A DNA stretch of 64,000 bases. Source: a virus. The position numbers were made by a program, and so were the translations under genes. The stretch lies in the IMG/VR virus record IMGVR_UViG_3300036785_000370, positions 7,991-71,990 of that record. The stretch is one strand, 5' to 3'. Below are positions 1 to 9,220 of the stretch, piece by piece (within the stretch, counting starts at the first letter, position 1; each line of letters begins with the position of its first letter). The notes beneath the pieces were generated by a model. It saw nothing but the letters and a program-made list of their open reading frames with translations, had not been told where the DNA came from and made no database searches.

Positions 1-28
1 CTGGTTAGCGGCCGCTGCGGGTTTCTCT

Positions 29-1780
29 TTGACACTGGAACCGTTTAGACGGAATATCCGAGGCGTGGCTATTTCTGCTGACGCTCTGGCTCAACTCATC
101 GGCCAGCGAACGGTTCCTCAACCAGCCTACAAGATGCTCGATCGCATAGGCCAACAAACAACGCCGAGCAAAGCGGAGAGTATTATCGCGCAGCGATATC
201 AGAAGGGCGGTGTGGCGACGGACGAGAACGACAATCCATCATGGCAGCCGGCCCGAGGCGGTCGTACCGGATTAGAAGCGACGGCGCCAGAGAACGCGTA
301 TCAGGGCGGTGGCGTCGCCGCCTATAATGGTTCGCAGCTTGGGCAATACCTACCGTATCAGCGGGCAATGGCCGCACTTTACCCAACGCGACGATATCAG
401 GAAGGCGGCGTGGCGCGCAACCTGATGAGCGATCTCGGATACCAGCCTGATGAAATTCCGATGCAGCCCGAAAATCCGATGAACCAAGCCACAATGGCTT
501 ACGATCCATACAGTGATGAATACCGTTTTCGGAGGGACATCTATCCCAGACGGGAACCGATGCCGATAAGGTATCCAGAGAGAAAAGCGCCCGAGAAACA
601 ATTAAAGGGAGATTATCCAGTTTCGCTTTACGCTCAGGAGGGCGGCGTAGTCGATCCAAAGACAGGCAAAGTGGAAAGGAACTATGCCACCGAAAAAGCT
701 GGAGCGTATAACTACGTCGATCCACGCGCCAAAGGGATTCCTGCGCCGGCGTTAATGGGACAAGGCGCTGCGGCGTATGATCCGATGGCAGAGAGCAGGC
801 ACGGGTTAAGTGCTGGTGACTTAGCTTTCTTCGCGCAGCACCCCGATTTTGGGCCAGTTCACACCCCAGATGGAGTTTTTCACGTTACAGCCAACGGCCA
901 AATGGTGCCACATATACCAGAACAATCGATATCACCGGAAGATATGGCGCTGCTCAGTAGCATGGTCAGTGCCCCTTCCACCGGAGCAATGTTTAGGGGC
1001 GCCGGTGCTGGAAGTGATTATGCAGAGCCCACGCCGATCCCCGGTATGGTGCCCAAAAAGGAAACCGATAGCGGAATGGGCTTTCAGGGCGGCGGCGTGA
1101 TGCGCCCGATGGCATTTCAGGGTGGACAACGCGGCCGCGGCGGCGGCGACGATGGCATGGGGCTCGATGAGTTTGGAGCCAACAACATGCGCGAAACACC
1201 GCTATGGTTCGAGCAGGTTAGAGACATACTTAATCCTCCAAACCCCAACCAATTCCCGCCTGACATGCCTCCGATAGGTCCAGACACCAATTTGAATCCC
1301 GGAAGAAGCCGTGGCACTCCTCCGAAAACAGAGGAACACACAGGCGGCGTGATTAAGAGATATCAGGATGGCGGCGTGATTAATCCGGCCATGCTCCAAG
1401 CCATGATGAGCGGCCAGCGCGAACAGCAATCGTCTCCGGTCGCCGGCGAGCCATCCCAGAAAAAGCAAGCGCCACAGCCGTCACAGGGATCGTCAGGGAA
1501 ATACGAATTCGGCCCAGATATCTTCTATACCGCGCCCGGGATGCGAAGACTGATGGAAGAACAAGCGCAACAAGCGGCGGCCGCAACGCAGCAGAAGGGA
1601 ATGAAGGGCGGCGGCGTGGCAAAGATGCCGAAAGAATTTATGCGCTACCTGGCGAACGGCGGGATCGCGAAGGACTTTACGCCTCGCGACCATTTGATGT
1701 TTGCGCTCGGAGGGGTATATGCCCTAAGCCCGAAGCAAGCTGAGAAGACACTTCACCGCCATGATTCCCGAATTCGCTAA
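29..1780 (+). CDS. Low-complexity Pro/Gly/Gln/Met-rich protein with about 9 copies of a (Y/F)xxGGV motif; probable internal virion protein (may be 5'-truncated by the window)
   Basis: Long ORF with repeats YQKGGV, YQGGGV, YQEGGV, AQEGGV, FQGGGV, HTGGVI, YQDGGV, MKGGGV, LANGGI; start codon uncertain. Confidence 0.6.
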   Translation: MTLEPFRRNIRGVAISADALAQLIGQRTVPQPAYKMLDRIGQQTTPSKAESIIAQRYQKGGVATDENDNPSWQPARGGRTGLEATAPENAYQGGGVAAYNGSQLGQYLPYQRAMAALYPTRRYQEGGVARNLMSDLGYQPDEIPMQPENPMNQATMAYDPYSDEYRFRRDIYPRREPMPIRYPERKAPEKQLKGDYPVSLYAQEGGVVDPKTGKVERNYATEKAGAYNYVDPRAKGIPAPALMGQGAAAYDPMAESRHGLSAGDLAFFAQHPDFGPVHTPDGVFHVTANGQMVPHIPEQSISPEDMALLSSMVSAPSTGAMFRGAGAGSDYAEPTPIPGMVPKKETDSGMGFQGGGVMRPMAFQGGQRGRGGGDDGMGLDEFGANNMRETPLWFEQVRDILNPPNPNQFPPDMPPIGPDTNLNPGRSRGTPPKTEEHTGGVIKRYQDGGVINPAMLQAMMSGQREQQSSPVAGEPSQKKQAPQPSQGSSGKYEFGPDIFYTAPGMRRLMEEQAQQAAAATQQKGMKGGGVAKMPKEFMRYLANGGIAKDFTPRDHLMFALGGVYALSPKQAEKTLHRHDSRIR

Positions 1781-2216
1781 TCCCAGCGAGGAATTCAAAA
1801 GGCGCAACCCGCACATATTCCCGAAAGACATGCATTTTGGGAACGTGATGTGTTTTGATCCCAACCCTCCTCGCGAGCACGAGCCGACCAAAGCAGATCT
1901 CAAACTCGAGAAGCAGTTGCAGGATCAGATCGCCGGGCATCTTGAGATTAATGGCACGGTGGTGATCCGCTCGAGGATGGACAGAAAAACAACGACCCGC
2001 GTCGGGACGCCGGATCTTTTGTTCGCGCTCAAGGGCCGCGCGATCGCGATCGAGGTGAAGCGGCCGGGCCACAAGCCGAGCAAGGAGCAGCTCGAAATGA
2101 TGCGGCAGATGACCGCGAACGGGTGGCGCTGTTTCGTAATCGACGACTACGACGAAGCGGTAAAGACCATCAATAAATTATTTTTGGAATTCACTGTTGA
2201 CGCGACCGCGTCCTGA
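1761..2216 (+). CDS. VRR-NUC / PD-(D/E)XK nuclease (resolvase-like)
   Basis: E..LQ..I, GTPDL, IEVKRPG..PS.EQ and W...VI motifs typical of single-domain VRR-NUC proteins. Confidence 0.85.
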   Translation: MIPEFANPSEEFKRRNPHIFPKDMHFGNVMCFDPNPPREHEPTKADLKLEKQLQDQIAGHLEINGTVVIRSRMDRKTTTRVGTPDLLFALKGRAIAIEVKRPGHKPSKEQLEMMRQMTANGWRCFVIDDYDEAVKTINKLFLEFTVDATAS

Positions 2217-2244
2217 TGTATACGACTTGTTAAACGTATACATC
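2197..2244 (+). promoter_or_regulatory. Putative promoter with overlapping operator (10-bp perfect inverted repeat)
   Basis: TTGACG (2197) N16 TATACG (2219); GATGTATACG (2215-2224) N10 CGTATACATC (2235-2244), 3 nt before ATG 2248. Confidence 0.6.
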
Positions 2245-2247
2245 TCA

Positions 2248-2424
2248 ATGGCAAAACGAACCACTGTCGAGGTCCACCCGGTCGTTCTGAAGGCGATCCA
2301 GCTCATCGCCAAACGGCAGGATAGCAAAGTTAAAGCCGTATCAGACACGCTGCTGCGGTTCGCAATTCCTTACGAGAAACTGTTGTTCCCACCAATGAGC
2401 AAGAGGAGAGACGACGGCAAATAA
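2248..2424 (+). CDS. Small ribbon-helix-helix-like DNA-binding protein
   Basis: MAKRTTVEV (alternating beta strand) followed by two amphipathic helices; directly after an operator-like inverted repeat. Confidence 0.55.
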   Translation: MAKRTTVEVHPVVLKAIQLIAKRQDSKVKAVSDTLLRFAIPYEKLLFPPMSKRRDDGK

Positions 2425-2427
2425 TTT

Positions 2428-2700
2428 ATGATAAAAAAAGCAACAACAATAGCGGTCGCACTGGCCGCGGTAATCAGTGCAGCCTTCGGGCAAGGCTATC
2501 CACACACAATGCCTTACCAGGTCCGTCCCGACCAATTCGGTCGCGGATGGAACGTTTATCGGAACAATGATCCTGTGCCTTATCAGACGATTAGGCCGGA
2601 TCCATTCAGCCGCGGGTATGACGTTTATCACAACGGCATGCGCACGCAGACAATTCGTCCGAGCCAATTCAACCAAGGCTGGGACATTCAGAGTTACTAA
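2428..2700 (+). CDS. Small secreted protein with three internal repeats
   Basis: Signal peptide MIKK + hydrophobic stretch; three Q(V/TI)RPxxFxxG(W/Y)x(V/I) units. Confidence 0.65.
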   Translation: MIKKATTIAVALAAVISAAFGQGYPHTMPYQVRPDQFGRGWNVYRNNDPVPYQTIRPDPFSRGYDVYHNGMRTQTIRPSQFNQGWDIQSY

Positions 2701-2704
2701 CCAC

Positions 2705-3190
2705 ATGAGCAAACAAACATTCAAAAAACCACACGTCCCTGGGAGCCGCGCACTTGTAATCGTGCAAGGACATTTCCCGATGGTGGCCTCGGTCGAAGAT
2801 GCGACCGAGGATTTAACCATCGTTGTCACGGCCGCCGATTGCCGCAAAGGCATTGCTAAAAACCACACGCAATGTCCCGGCGCATTGGCAGCAGGTAGAG
2901 GCGCCGATGGCGCTATCATCTCTAAGCGGAGCGCTTACGTGATCAAAGGTCGCAAAGCGATCCGCTACAGAGTGCCGGAGCGCCTGACACGAGAAGAAGT
3001 CGCGGTCGACCGCGGCGGCTCGTTCCAGCCTGGAACATACGTTCTGAGTCATCCACACAAGGGTGAGAGATTAACCGAGCGCAAGACAGGCAAGACTCAC
3101 AATAAAAGCAACCGGACGAGCCCATCGTTCACACCGCATCTGACAGAAGGGATGCGAACTACGCTGGGGGGTCGCGTCCACATCAGCTAA
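2705..3190 (+). CDS. Hypothetical protein
   Basis: ORF from ATG 2705, just after the previous stop codon. Confidence 0.55.
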   Translation: MSKQTFKKPHVPGSRALVIVQGHFPMVASVEDATEDLTIVVTAADCRKGIAKNHTQCPGALAAGRGADGAIISKRSAYVIKGRKAIRYRVPERLTREEVAVDRGGSFQPGTYVLSHPHKGERLTERKTGKTHNKSNRTSPSFTPHLTEGMRTTLGGRVHIS

Positions 3191-3198
3191 AGACAAAA

Positions 3199-3233
3199 CC
3201 GGCGCGAGGTGAAAAAGCAAAACCTCGCGCCGG
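3199..3233. terminator. 12-bp GC-rich hairpin (terminator or RNA processing stem)
   Basis: CCGGCGCGAGGT N11 ACCTCGCGCCGG; a short U-tract follows only on the minus strand. Confidence 0.4.
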
Positions 3234-3273
3234 CCCGTCATGTCAACAACCACAAGAAAGGGATATTTATCAG

Positions 3274-4221
3274 ATGAACACTGAAAGAGCAATCGTAAAA
3301 CAAGAGGGGCCGGTGCTTTCGCCGGCGCTCCAACAACTGGCCGAATCGATTTCTCGATCGACCATCATACCGAAGGAATTCGCCGGCAGCCCGAGCAACT
3401 GCTTAATCGCATTGGAAATGGCGCACAGGATTGGCGCCGGCATTTTGCAGGTGATGCAATCGCTTTACATCGTGCATGGCAAGCCGAGTTGGAGCGGGCA
3501 ATTCATTATCGCGGCCGTAAACGCGACGAAGCGATTTTCGACGCTGCGATTCCATTTCAACGAGGATAAGACCGAGTGCTACGCATTCGCGAAAGATCAC
3601 GATGGCAACGAACTGAAAGGCCCGGCGGTCACCCACGCTATGGCAAAGGCGGAGGGCTGGTGGCAACGGAACGAGAAATGGCGCAACATGACCGAGTTGA
3701 TGATGACGTATCGCGCCGGAACCTTCTTCGGCCGCGTGTATGCGCCGGATGTTCTGATGGGTATGCGTGAGCAATACGAGGTGCTGGAGGCCGAGGTCAC
3801 GACCACAATTGAAGAGCCCAAGATTCCAAGCCAGACGACCAAGGACATGGTGGCGGAGGCTGGCGCCGGAAACGATCAGAAGCCAGCGGAAGAGAAGCCA
3901 AAAGCAGCGGCTGAACCTCCAAAACGCGGTGCCAAAAAAAAGCTCGAAGTAAAACCCAAAAAGACGGCAGAAGCTCCGCCGCTGGAAAGCAAGGTCATCG
4001 GCCCGAATCGACAGGCGCTGCGTGAGCGGCTGGCTGTGGGCGGTTACACCGAGGACAATTTCTTGCCGGTGGCCAATTACCAGGAATGGCTTGGGAAAGG
4101 CAAAGTATGGCAATCGATGGACGACGTTCCCGATGGGATGTTCGAACTGTTCCTAAATCCGGATGAATGGACGATTGTCCAAGAGCAACTGGAAGCGCAG
4201 CCTCGGCATACCAAAGATTAA
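3274..4221 (+). CDS. RecT-like single-strand annealing recombinase
   Basis: S.IIPK.F.G.P.NCLIALEMA.RIG...LQVMQSLYIVHGKPSW...W..M.ELM..YRA..FFGR.YAPD.LMG; a Cas4-like exonuclease lies two genes downstream. Confidence 0.8.
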   Translation: MNTERAIVKQEGPVLSPALQQLAESISRSTIIPKEFAGSPSNCLIALEMAHRIGAGILQVMQSLYIVHGKPSWSGQFIIAAVNATKRFSTLRFHFNEDKTECYAFAKDHDGNELKGPAVTHAMAKAEGWWQRNEKWRNMTELMMTYRAGTFFGRVYAPDVLMGMREQYEVLEAEVTTTIEEPKIPSQTTKDMVAEAGAGNDQKPAEEKPKAAAEPPKRGAKKKLEVKPKKTAEAPPLESKVIGPNRQALRERLAVGGYTEDNFLPVANYQEWLGKGKVWQSMDDVPDGMFELFLNPDEWTIVQEQLEAQPRHTKD

Positions 4222-4314
4222 AATGACGCCGCACCAGGCCGACGTCGTAATCTACCAGATCTACATGATCCTTTTTACATTGGGGATCATTGTGGGAATC
4301 CTGCTGAAGAAATT

Positions 4315-4740
4315 ATGAAGCTGTCCGACATGGAGAAAAAGCTCTTGATGTTGGCACTGGATAAGTCAGCAACGGACGACGAGGTCGCGGCCGCAGCAAA
4401 GAAATTTATCCGCTCGCTGCGGGAGCGATTCCCGTCTGGAGTTGAATTGATCAAGTCTCTTGAAACGGGCTTCGGAGATCCTCTGCCCGATGACATCGTC
4501 TTTGCTACCCGGGAGGCGGCTCAAGCAGCGGCGGACGCTATGAATCGTGGTTTCGGCGGCACTGTTTGGGGCGACATACTGAGAGAGGCTGCTGCGATGG
4601 GACGAAAGATGAAGGCGCAGCAAGCGGCCCAGCAAGCGGCCTACGGCGCACAGCAGACAGCTTTCCAGCAGCAGCAGAGAGCCCAGCAGGAGAGTTGGAC
4701 GGAGTACCTCCGTCGCCAAATGAAAAAGGATAAAAAATGA
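4315..4740 (+). CDS. Hypothetical protein
   Basis: ORF in operon, ATGA overlap with the next gene. Confidence 0.55.
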   Translation: MKLSDMEKKLLMLALDKSATDDEVAAAAKKFIRSLRERFPSGVELIKSLETGFGDPLPDDIVFATREAAQAAADAMNRGFGGTVWGDILREAAAMGRKMKAQQAAQQAAYGAQQTAFQQQQRAQQESWTEYLRRQMKKDKK

Positions 4741-5843
4741 GGGCAAGTAACGCGCGCCAGTGCCAGCTGTGCCCGGGCTCCGTGCGGATGCAGAAAGGGC
4801 TCCCTGATATCGTGACCAAGGAGAGCGAGCAGGGCGACAGGCTGCACGATTACAGCGCCCACCCAGAATACGAGCGCAAACTACTCTCCCCAGAGGAGCA
4901 GGATCTGTTGCGGATCGCGGATTGGTTAGAGAAGCAGGCATTCGATGCCATTGGAATCAAAGGCGCTTCTTATATCGAAAAGCGCGAGGCCGAAATGCAA
5001 GACGGTTCGCTTAGTGGTCACCCAGATCTAATGCGGATCTATGGCCACGGGCTGCTCGACACTCCACGCGACTCTGTGACCGTCATCACTGACAGAAAAT
5101 TCGGGTGGGCACCGGTTGCCCGGGCCGACGTCAATTTACAGATGCGGGTGTATGCGCTCTTGGCAACGACCCCAGACGTTTACGTATCGATCCTGCAACC
5201 GCGAGCGGCGTTGGCAGACAGGGTCACGATTGCGAAATACAACCCTGACAACAAAACCGATGCCCGATGGGAGATCGATGCCATCGTGAAAGCCACTGAA
5301 GCTCCTGATGCGCCGCTGGTCGCCGGGGAAGAACAATGTCGCTATTGCCGGGCGCGAGCGATCTGTCCGGCGTTGCGGGAGGCGATCTCGAAAGAGCTGG
5401 TGGTGTTCGACGATGATATGTCGCCAGAGCTGTCGAAGCGCGCTAAGTTAAGTCGAGTAGAAGCGCGCCTCGCGCAGGCGAAAGACGAGCAACTGGGGGC
5501 TCTGTTATCAGCCTGCGCGCTGGCGCGTCTTGTCAATGACCCTCTGGGGGACGAGATCCGAAGCCGGATCGCAGCTGGCCAGATGGAAGGCTACACGGTC
5601 GGCAAGGAGAGCGAAGTCCGCGTGATCACCAACGTCAGAAAAGCGGTATCACTGATTGTCCTAAACAGGATGCTTCCCCGGGATCGGGTATTAGAGCGAT
5701 GCGAGCTGTCGATTGGCGGCATCGAAGAAGAGTATCGAAAGGCCACCAAAGTCTCCGAGAAACAGGCTAAGGCGGACGTCAATAAAGTGTTAGCCGACGT
5801 GATCGTGATCGAGAATCGGAGAGGGCGGATTTTGAAAAAGTGA
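4737..5843 (+). CDS. Cas4-like / DUF2800-type PD-(D/E)XK exonuclease
   Basis: N-terminal CPGS, G..LH, GHPD...TDRKFG, Q...YA and C-terminal CRYC...ICP cysteine cluster. Confidence 0.8.
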   Translation: MRASNARQCQLCPGSVRMQKGLPDIVTKESEQGDRLHDYSAHPEYERKLLSPEEQDLLRIADWLEKQAFDAIGIKGASYIEKREAEMQDGSLSGHPDLMRIYGHGLLDTPRDSVTVITDRKFGWAPVARADVNLQMRVYALLATTPDVYVSILQPRAALADRVTIAKYNPDNKTDARWEIDAIVKATEAPDAPLVAGEEQCRYCRARAICPALREAISKELVVFDDDMSPELSKRAKLSRVEARLAQAKDEQLGALLSACALARLVNDPLGDEIRSRIAAGQMEGYTVGKESEVRVITNVRKAVSLIVLNRMLPRDRVLERCELSIGGIEEEYRKATKVSEKQAKADVNKVLADVIVIENRRGRILKK

Positions 5844-6073
5844 GCGAAAAAGCTAAATGCCGATCATGCCGGGCACCTATGGTATGGGTGCAAACCGAAG
5901 CTGGCAAACGGACGCCTATCGATCCGGAACCAGTGGCCGGTGGCAATATCATAATAAAAGATCGGACGCAGGATCCGCCTGTGGTCGCATACGTCAAACC
6001 TGATCAAAAAATCAAACGCTTCGTATCGCATTTCTCGACGTGCCCGCAAAGCAAAAGTTGGAGGAAGAAATGA
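5840..6073 (+). CDS. Small zinc-binding protein
   Basis: CRSC...HFSTCP. Confidence 0.6.
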   Translation: MSEKAKCRSCRAPMVWVQTEAGKRTPIDPEPVAGGNIIIKDRTQDPPVVAYVKPDQKIKRFVSHFSTCPQSKSWRKK

Positions 6074-6289
6074 GCGTGCCCACGCGAGCAGAGCATCTCG
6101 AATGGTGCAAGAAAAGAGCGCTGGAGTATGTCGATATTGGAGACCTCCAACAAGCCTTTAACAGCATGGCGAGCGACCTTGGCAAGCACCCAGAAACAGA
6201 AGGGGCGCGCAAAGTATGCGGTGAACTCGGGATACCAATGCTCATGGCAGGGCATCTCGATACCCCAGAGGAGATGAGGAAATTCATCA

Positions 6290-6568
6290 ATGGCTTTAGA
6301 TAGCACAAAGATACCAACGCAACGCTGTTGGAAATGCGGTTACAAGATGGATCGCACTACCGAGGCTTATAGCAATGCAAAGCCCAAGCCTGGCGATGTA
6401 TCGCTCTGCCTTAACTGCGGCACCCTGTGCATATTCACGGAGACTTTCATGCTGCGTAAACCAACACCAGAGGAGAAAGAAAAGATGGAGCGAGAGCCTT
6501 CGGTCATAGAAGCACAGATGGCCCGCGCCTACATCGTAGCCGGCAGAAAACTGAAAGGACAAGAATGA
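6290..6568 (+). CDS. Zinc-ribbon hypothetical protein
   Basis: CWKCG...CLNCG. Confidence 0.55.
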   Translation: MALDSTKIPTQRCWKCGYKMDRTTEAYSNAKPKPGDVSLCLNCGTLCIFTETFMLRKPTPEEKEKMEREPSVIEAQMARAYIVAGRKLKGQE

Positions 6569-7056
6569 GTCACGTAACACCAGAGTATAACAGAGGATGC
6601 CCCGAATGCGGGGCACATGAAGGTCATTACATGATGTGTAGCTCCAACCCGCTGCACGAACATTTAAACGGAGAAGGAGGTGATGTCTTGTGCCCGACGA
6701 CGATGAAAATGTCGGTGGATGACGGCGCGGCGACCGTTCAACCCGTAGTCGCGCTGATAAATGAAGGCGAAGTCCTATTGGACAAACATATGCATGACAT
6801 GTTGCCAGTTTCGGTCAGGAGAGAGGATATCCCACGAGAGGTCACAGAGGCGGCCGAGCTGGTTAATGACTGGATGGTCCGCAACGGTCTTGAGCATTGG
6901 CAACTGGGGCCAGTGGCCGATCGCAAGCTGGTTCATAAGCTGGAACAGCGCATCAAGATTTTGGAACTACAAACGACGACGACGCCAGACGACGTTATCA
7001 AGTGGATTCGCGAACACCCAACCCGTGTAGGCTACGTGCTGCAAGCAGCCCAATAA
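6565..7056 (+). CDS. Hypothetical protein
   Basis: ORF with coupled start/stop overlaps on both sides. Confidence 0.5.
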   Translation: MSHVTPEYNRGCPECGAHEGHYMMCSSNPLHEHLNGEGGDVLCPTTMKMSVDDGAATVQPVVALINEGEVLLDKHMHDMLPVSVRREDIPREVTEAAELVNDWMVRNGLEHWQLGPVADRKLVHKLEQRIKILELQTTTTPDDVIKWIREHPTRVGYVLQAAQ

Positions 7057-7511
7057 TGTTTCTCAAGAACTACACCTCTGACGTCCCAGTGCACCTGACC
7101 ATCGGGCGCATCGAACAGGTGCTGCTCCAGTGCGGGGTGAACGGCATAATGAAAGAGTATGGGCCAGACGCCAAGATCACCGCGATCACGTTTCGGTTGC
7201 CCGGGCCTGACGGGAAACCGCTGCATATCCGGTTACCTGCCGATGAAGATCAAGCGACTGAGGCGCTCTGGCGCGATTACTGCGGGAAGGTTAAACGGCC
7301 ACATAAAAAGAAAGAGGACTTTGCCGATCAGGGTGCGCGAACCGCGTGGCGGCTGGTGAAAGATTGGGTGGAGATCGAGATGTCTCGGCTCCAGCTGGGG
7401 CAGGCCGACATCGTGGAGATCTTCCTGTCCTACGTTCACGATGGTCGCCAGACGTTCTATGAGGCACTCAAGGAACAAAAATACGCGGGACTGCTAAAGG
7501 ATTCGAAATGA
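7056..7511 (+). CDS. Phage hypothetical protein (KNYTS... type)
   Basis: TAATG overlap start; KNYTS.V....TI..IE..L...G, AWR.VKDWVE. Confidence 0.65.
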   Translation: MFLKNYTSDVPVHLTIGRIEQVLLQCGVNGIMKEYGPDAKITAITFRLPGPDGKPLHIRLPADEDQATEALWRDYCGKVKRPHKKKEDFADQGARTAWRLVKDWVEIEMSRLQLGQADIVEIFLSYVHDGRQTFYEALKEQKYAGLLKDSK

Positions 7512-8540
7512 CCACCAATGACAAGATCAACGCCAAACTGGACGAATGGGAAACGCGCCAAGGGTCAGCTTCATCAATCAGGGGACTTGACCAAAGTGAA
7601 TCATTGTCTCTCATCGCCGCCCTACGAATTGCGCTGGAAGCATTGCAACGTTGCGAGAAGCGCACGCTTCACGCCAAGAACGGCATCTTCGCCATAGCCG
7701 AGAAACTGGGAGTTAAGCCATGACCACACCACAACCACGCGCTGATGAATTAAGGCATGAGTGCATGAAATGTCTTCTATGCCTTTACCTCGCCGCAGAT
7801 AAAAGCGTTGCCGACGACGTGAACAAAAAAGTGAAGGAGTATATCAATTATCTTGAGACAAGAAACACCCAACTAGGGAAACTCGAATGAATAGTGATGT
7901 TAATGAGGCTAATAAATTCTACCATGAACTTCATAATGTCGTTAAACGATGGATGAACGAAGGCGATGTTTTGACGACGTTTGAGATCATTGGGGCTCTT
8001 GAAGCGGTTAAGGGTGATGTAGTTGACAGTCTAATAAAATGGAACCGGAATAAAGACGATGCCCTTACCTGAAAAAACGGTTGATAACCCCGGGAGTGAG
8101 ACCATGACACCACAACCACACGCTGATGATGATTTCCTGATGACTGAATTGGCGCGGAGGGGCTATACCTCGAAAGACGTTCGTGATTTGGCTGATAAGA
8201 TTGAAGCTAAGGTTAAATCCTTAAAGCCATGTAAATCAAAAATACGATTTCGCGGTGAAACTCTCGAATGCATGGACTACGAAGGACACAAAGCTTGTCA
8301 TTACCATCTGAACGTCGCATGGCCATTATGACCACCCCACAACCACACGACAAGATCAACGCCAAACTGGATTACTGGGAGAAACACTTCGCTTGCGAAC
8401 CTAGAACCAGAAGCCTAATCGCCGCGCTGCGAATTGCGCTGGAATACATGAATGATCCTACACCGATCATCTACGCATCGAGAAGTCAAATATTGTGCCG
8501 CATAGCCGAGAAACTGGGAGTTGAGCCATGACATCACAAC
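7508..8540 (+). repeat. Cluster of small ORFs sharing repeated 5' and 3' DNA segments
   Basis: 23-nt identity 7520-7542 / 8349-8371; 22-nt identity 7693-7714 / 8501-8522; related ATGAC..CACAAC starts at 7720, 8104, 8328, 8528. Confidence 0.8.
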
Positions 8541-9220
8541 AGGCAACTGAACTACTTCAATTAGGCCACCAGATTCACTTGTTGCTTTATATCATGCTGG
8601 CATGTCTTGGGCTGCTTATCGGAATAAGTTTAGCCAAATGACCCCACAATTACGCGCTAACGTTTGGATGCGATGTTACAACGTTTGGGATTGGCTATAT
8701 AACCATCTTTGGCATCACCGATGGTGGGGTCAAAAGTTAATCATGTGGAAATTACGACGACGATGGAGGAGTGATGAAGGACACTGAGCTACTCGATTTC
8801 ATACAGCGCAACGGCATCCAGATCTGGCCAGTGCGTTCAAGCAGATATTCGCCTGTGGTCGCGTGGTACGCGCAAAACGTTCTGCCGTTCATACAGGCAC
8901 AAGGAGCGACAGTGCGCGAGGCTCTGACCAATTTAAAGAAAGGGATCGATGAAAATACACACGCATGACGGTAGGATGGTATTACTGCCGACTAACGAGG
9001 TGGATCGGAAAGAACTTCGGAGAATACAAAAGGACTTAGATAGCCAAAAGGCAGTGTATCTTATTGAGTACAAACAACGCAAAATAAGGTCGCTAGCTGT
9101 TTGGTTGCGACAAATTGCAGGAGATCCATGCGATGAGCGAACTGACATTTGAGGACGAACTAAACGCGGGAAGTAGGTCGTCTTTCACTAAATTCCCGCA
9201 AAAACTGAAAGGAAAAAGTT

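Noticed and set aside
4737-5843. Cas4 as a CRISPR adaptation gene linked to the RAMP locus
   Set aside because: It lies near a RecT-like gene in the usual phage recombination arrangement, 5.5 kb from the RAMP gene, with no cas1/cas2.
7508-8540. Diversity-generating retroelement template/variable repeat pair
   Set aside because: No reverse transcriptase in the window, and the differences are block replacements rather than adenine-specific substitutions.
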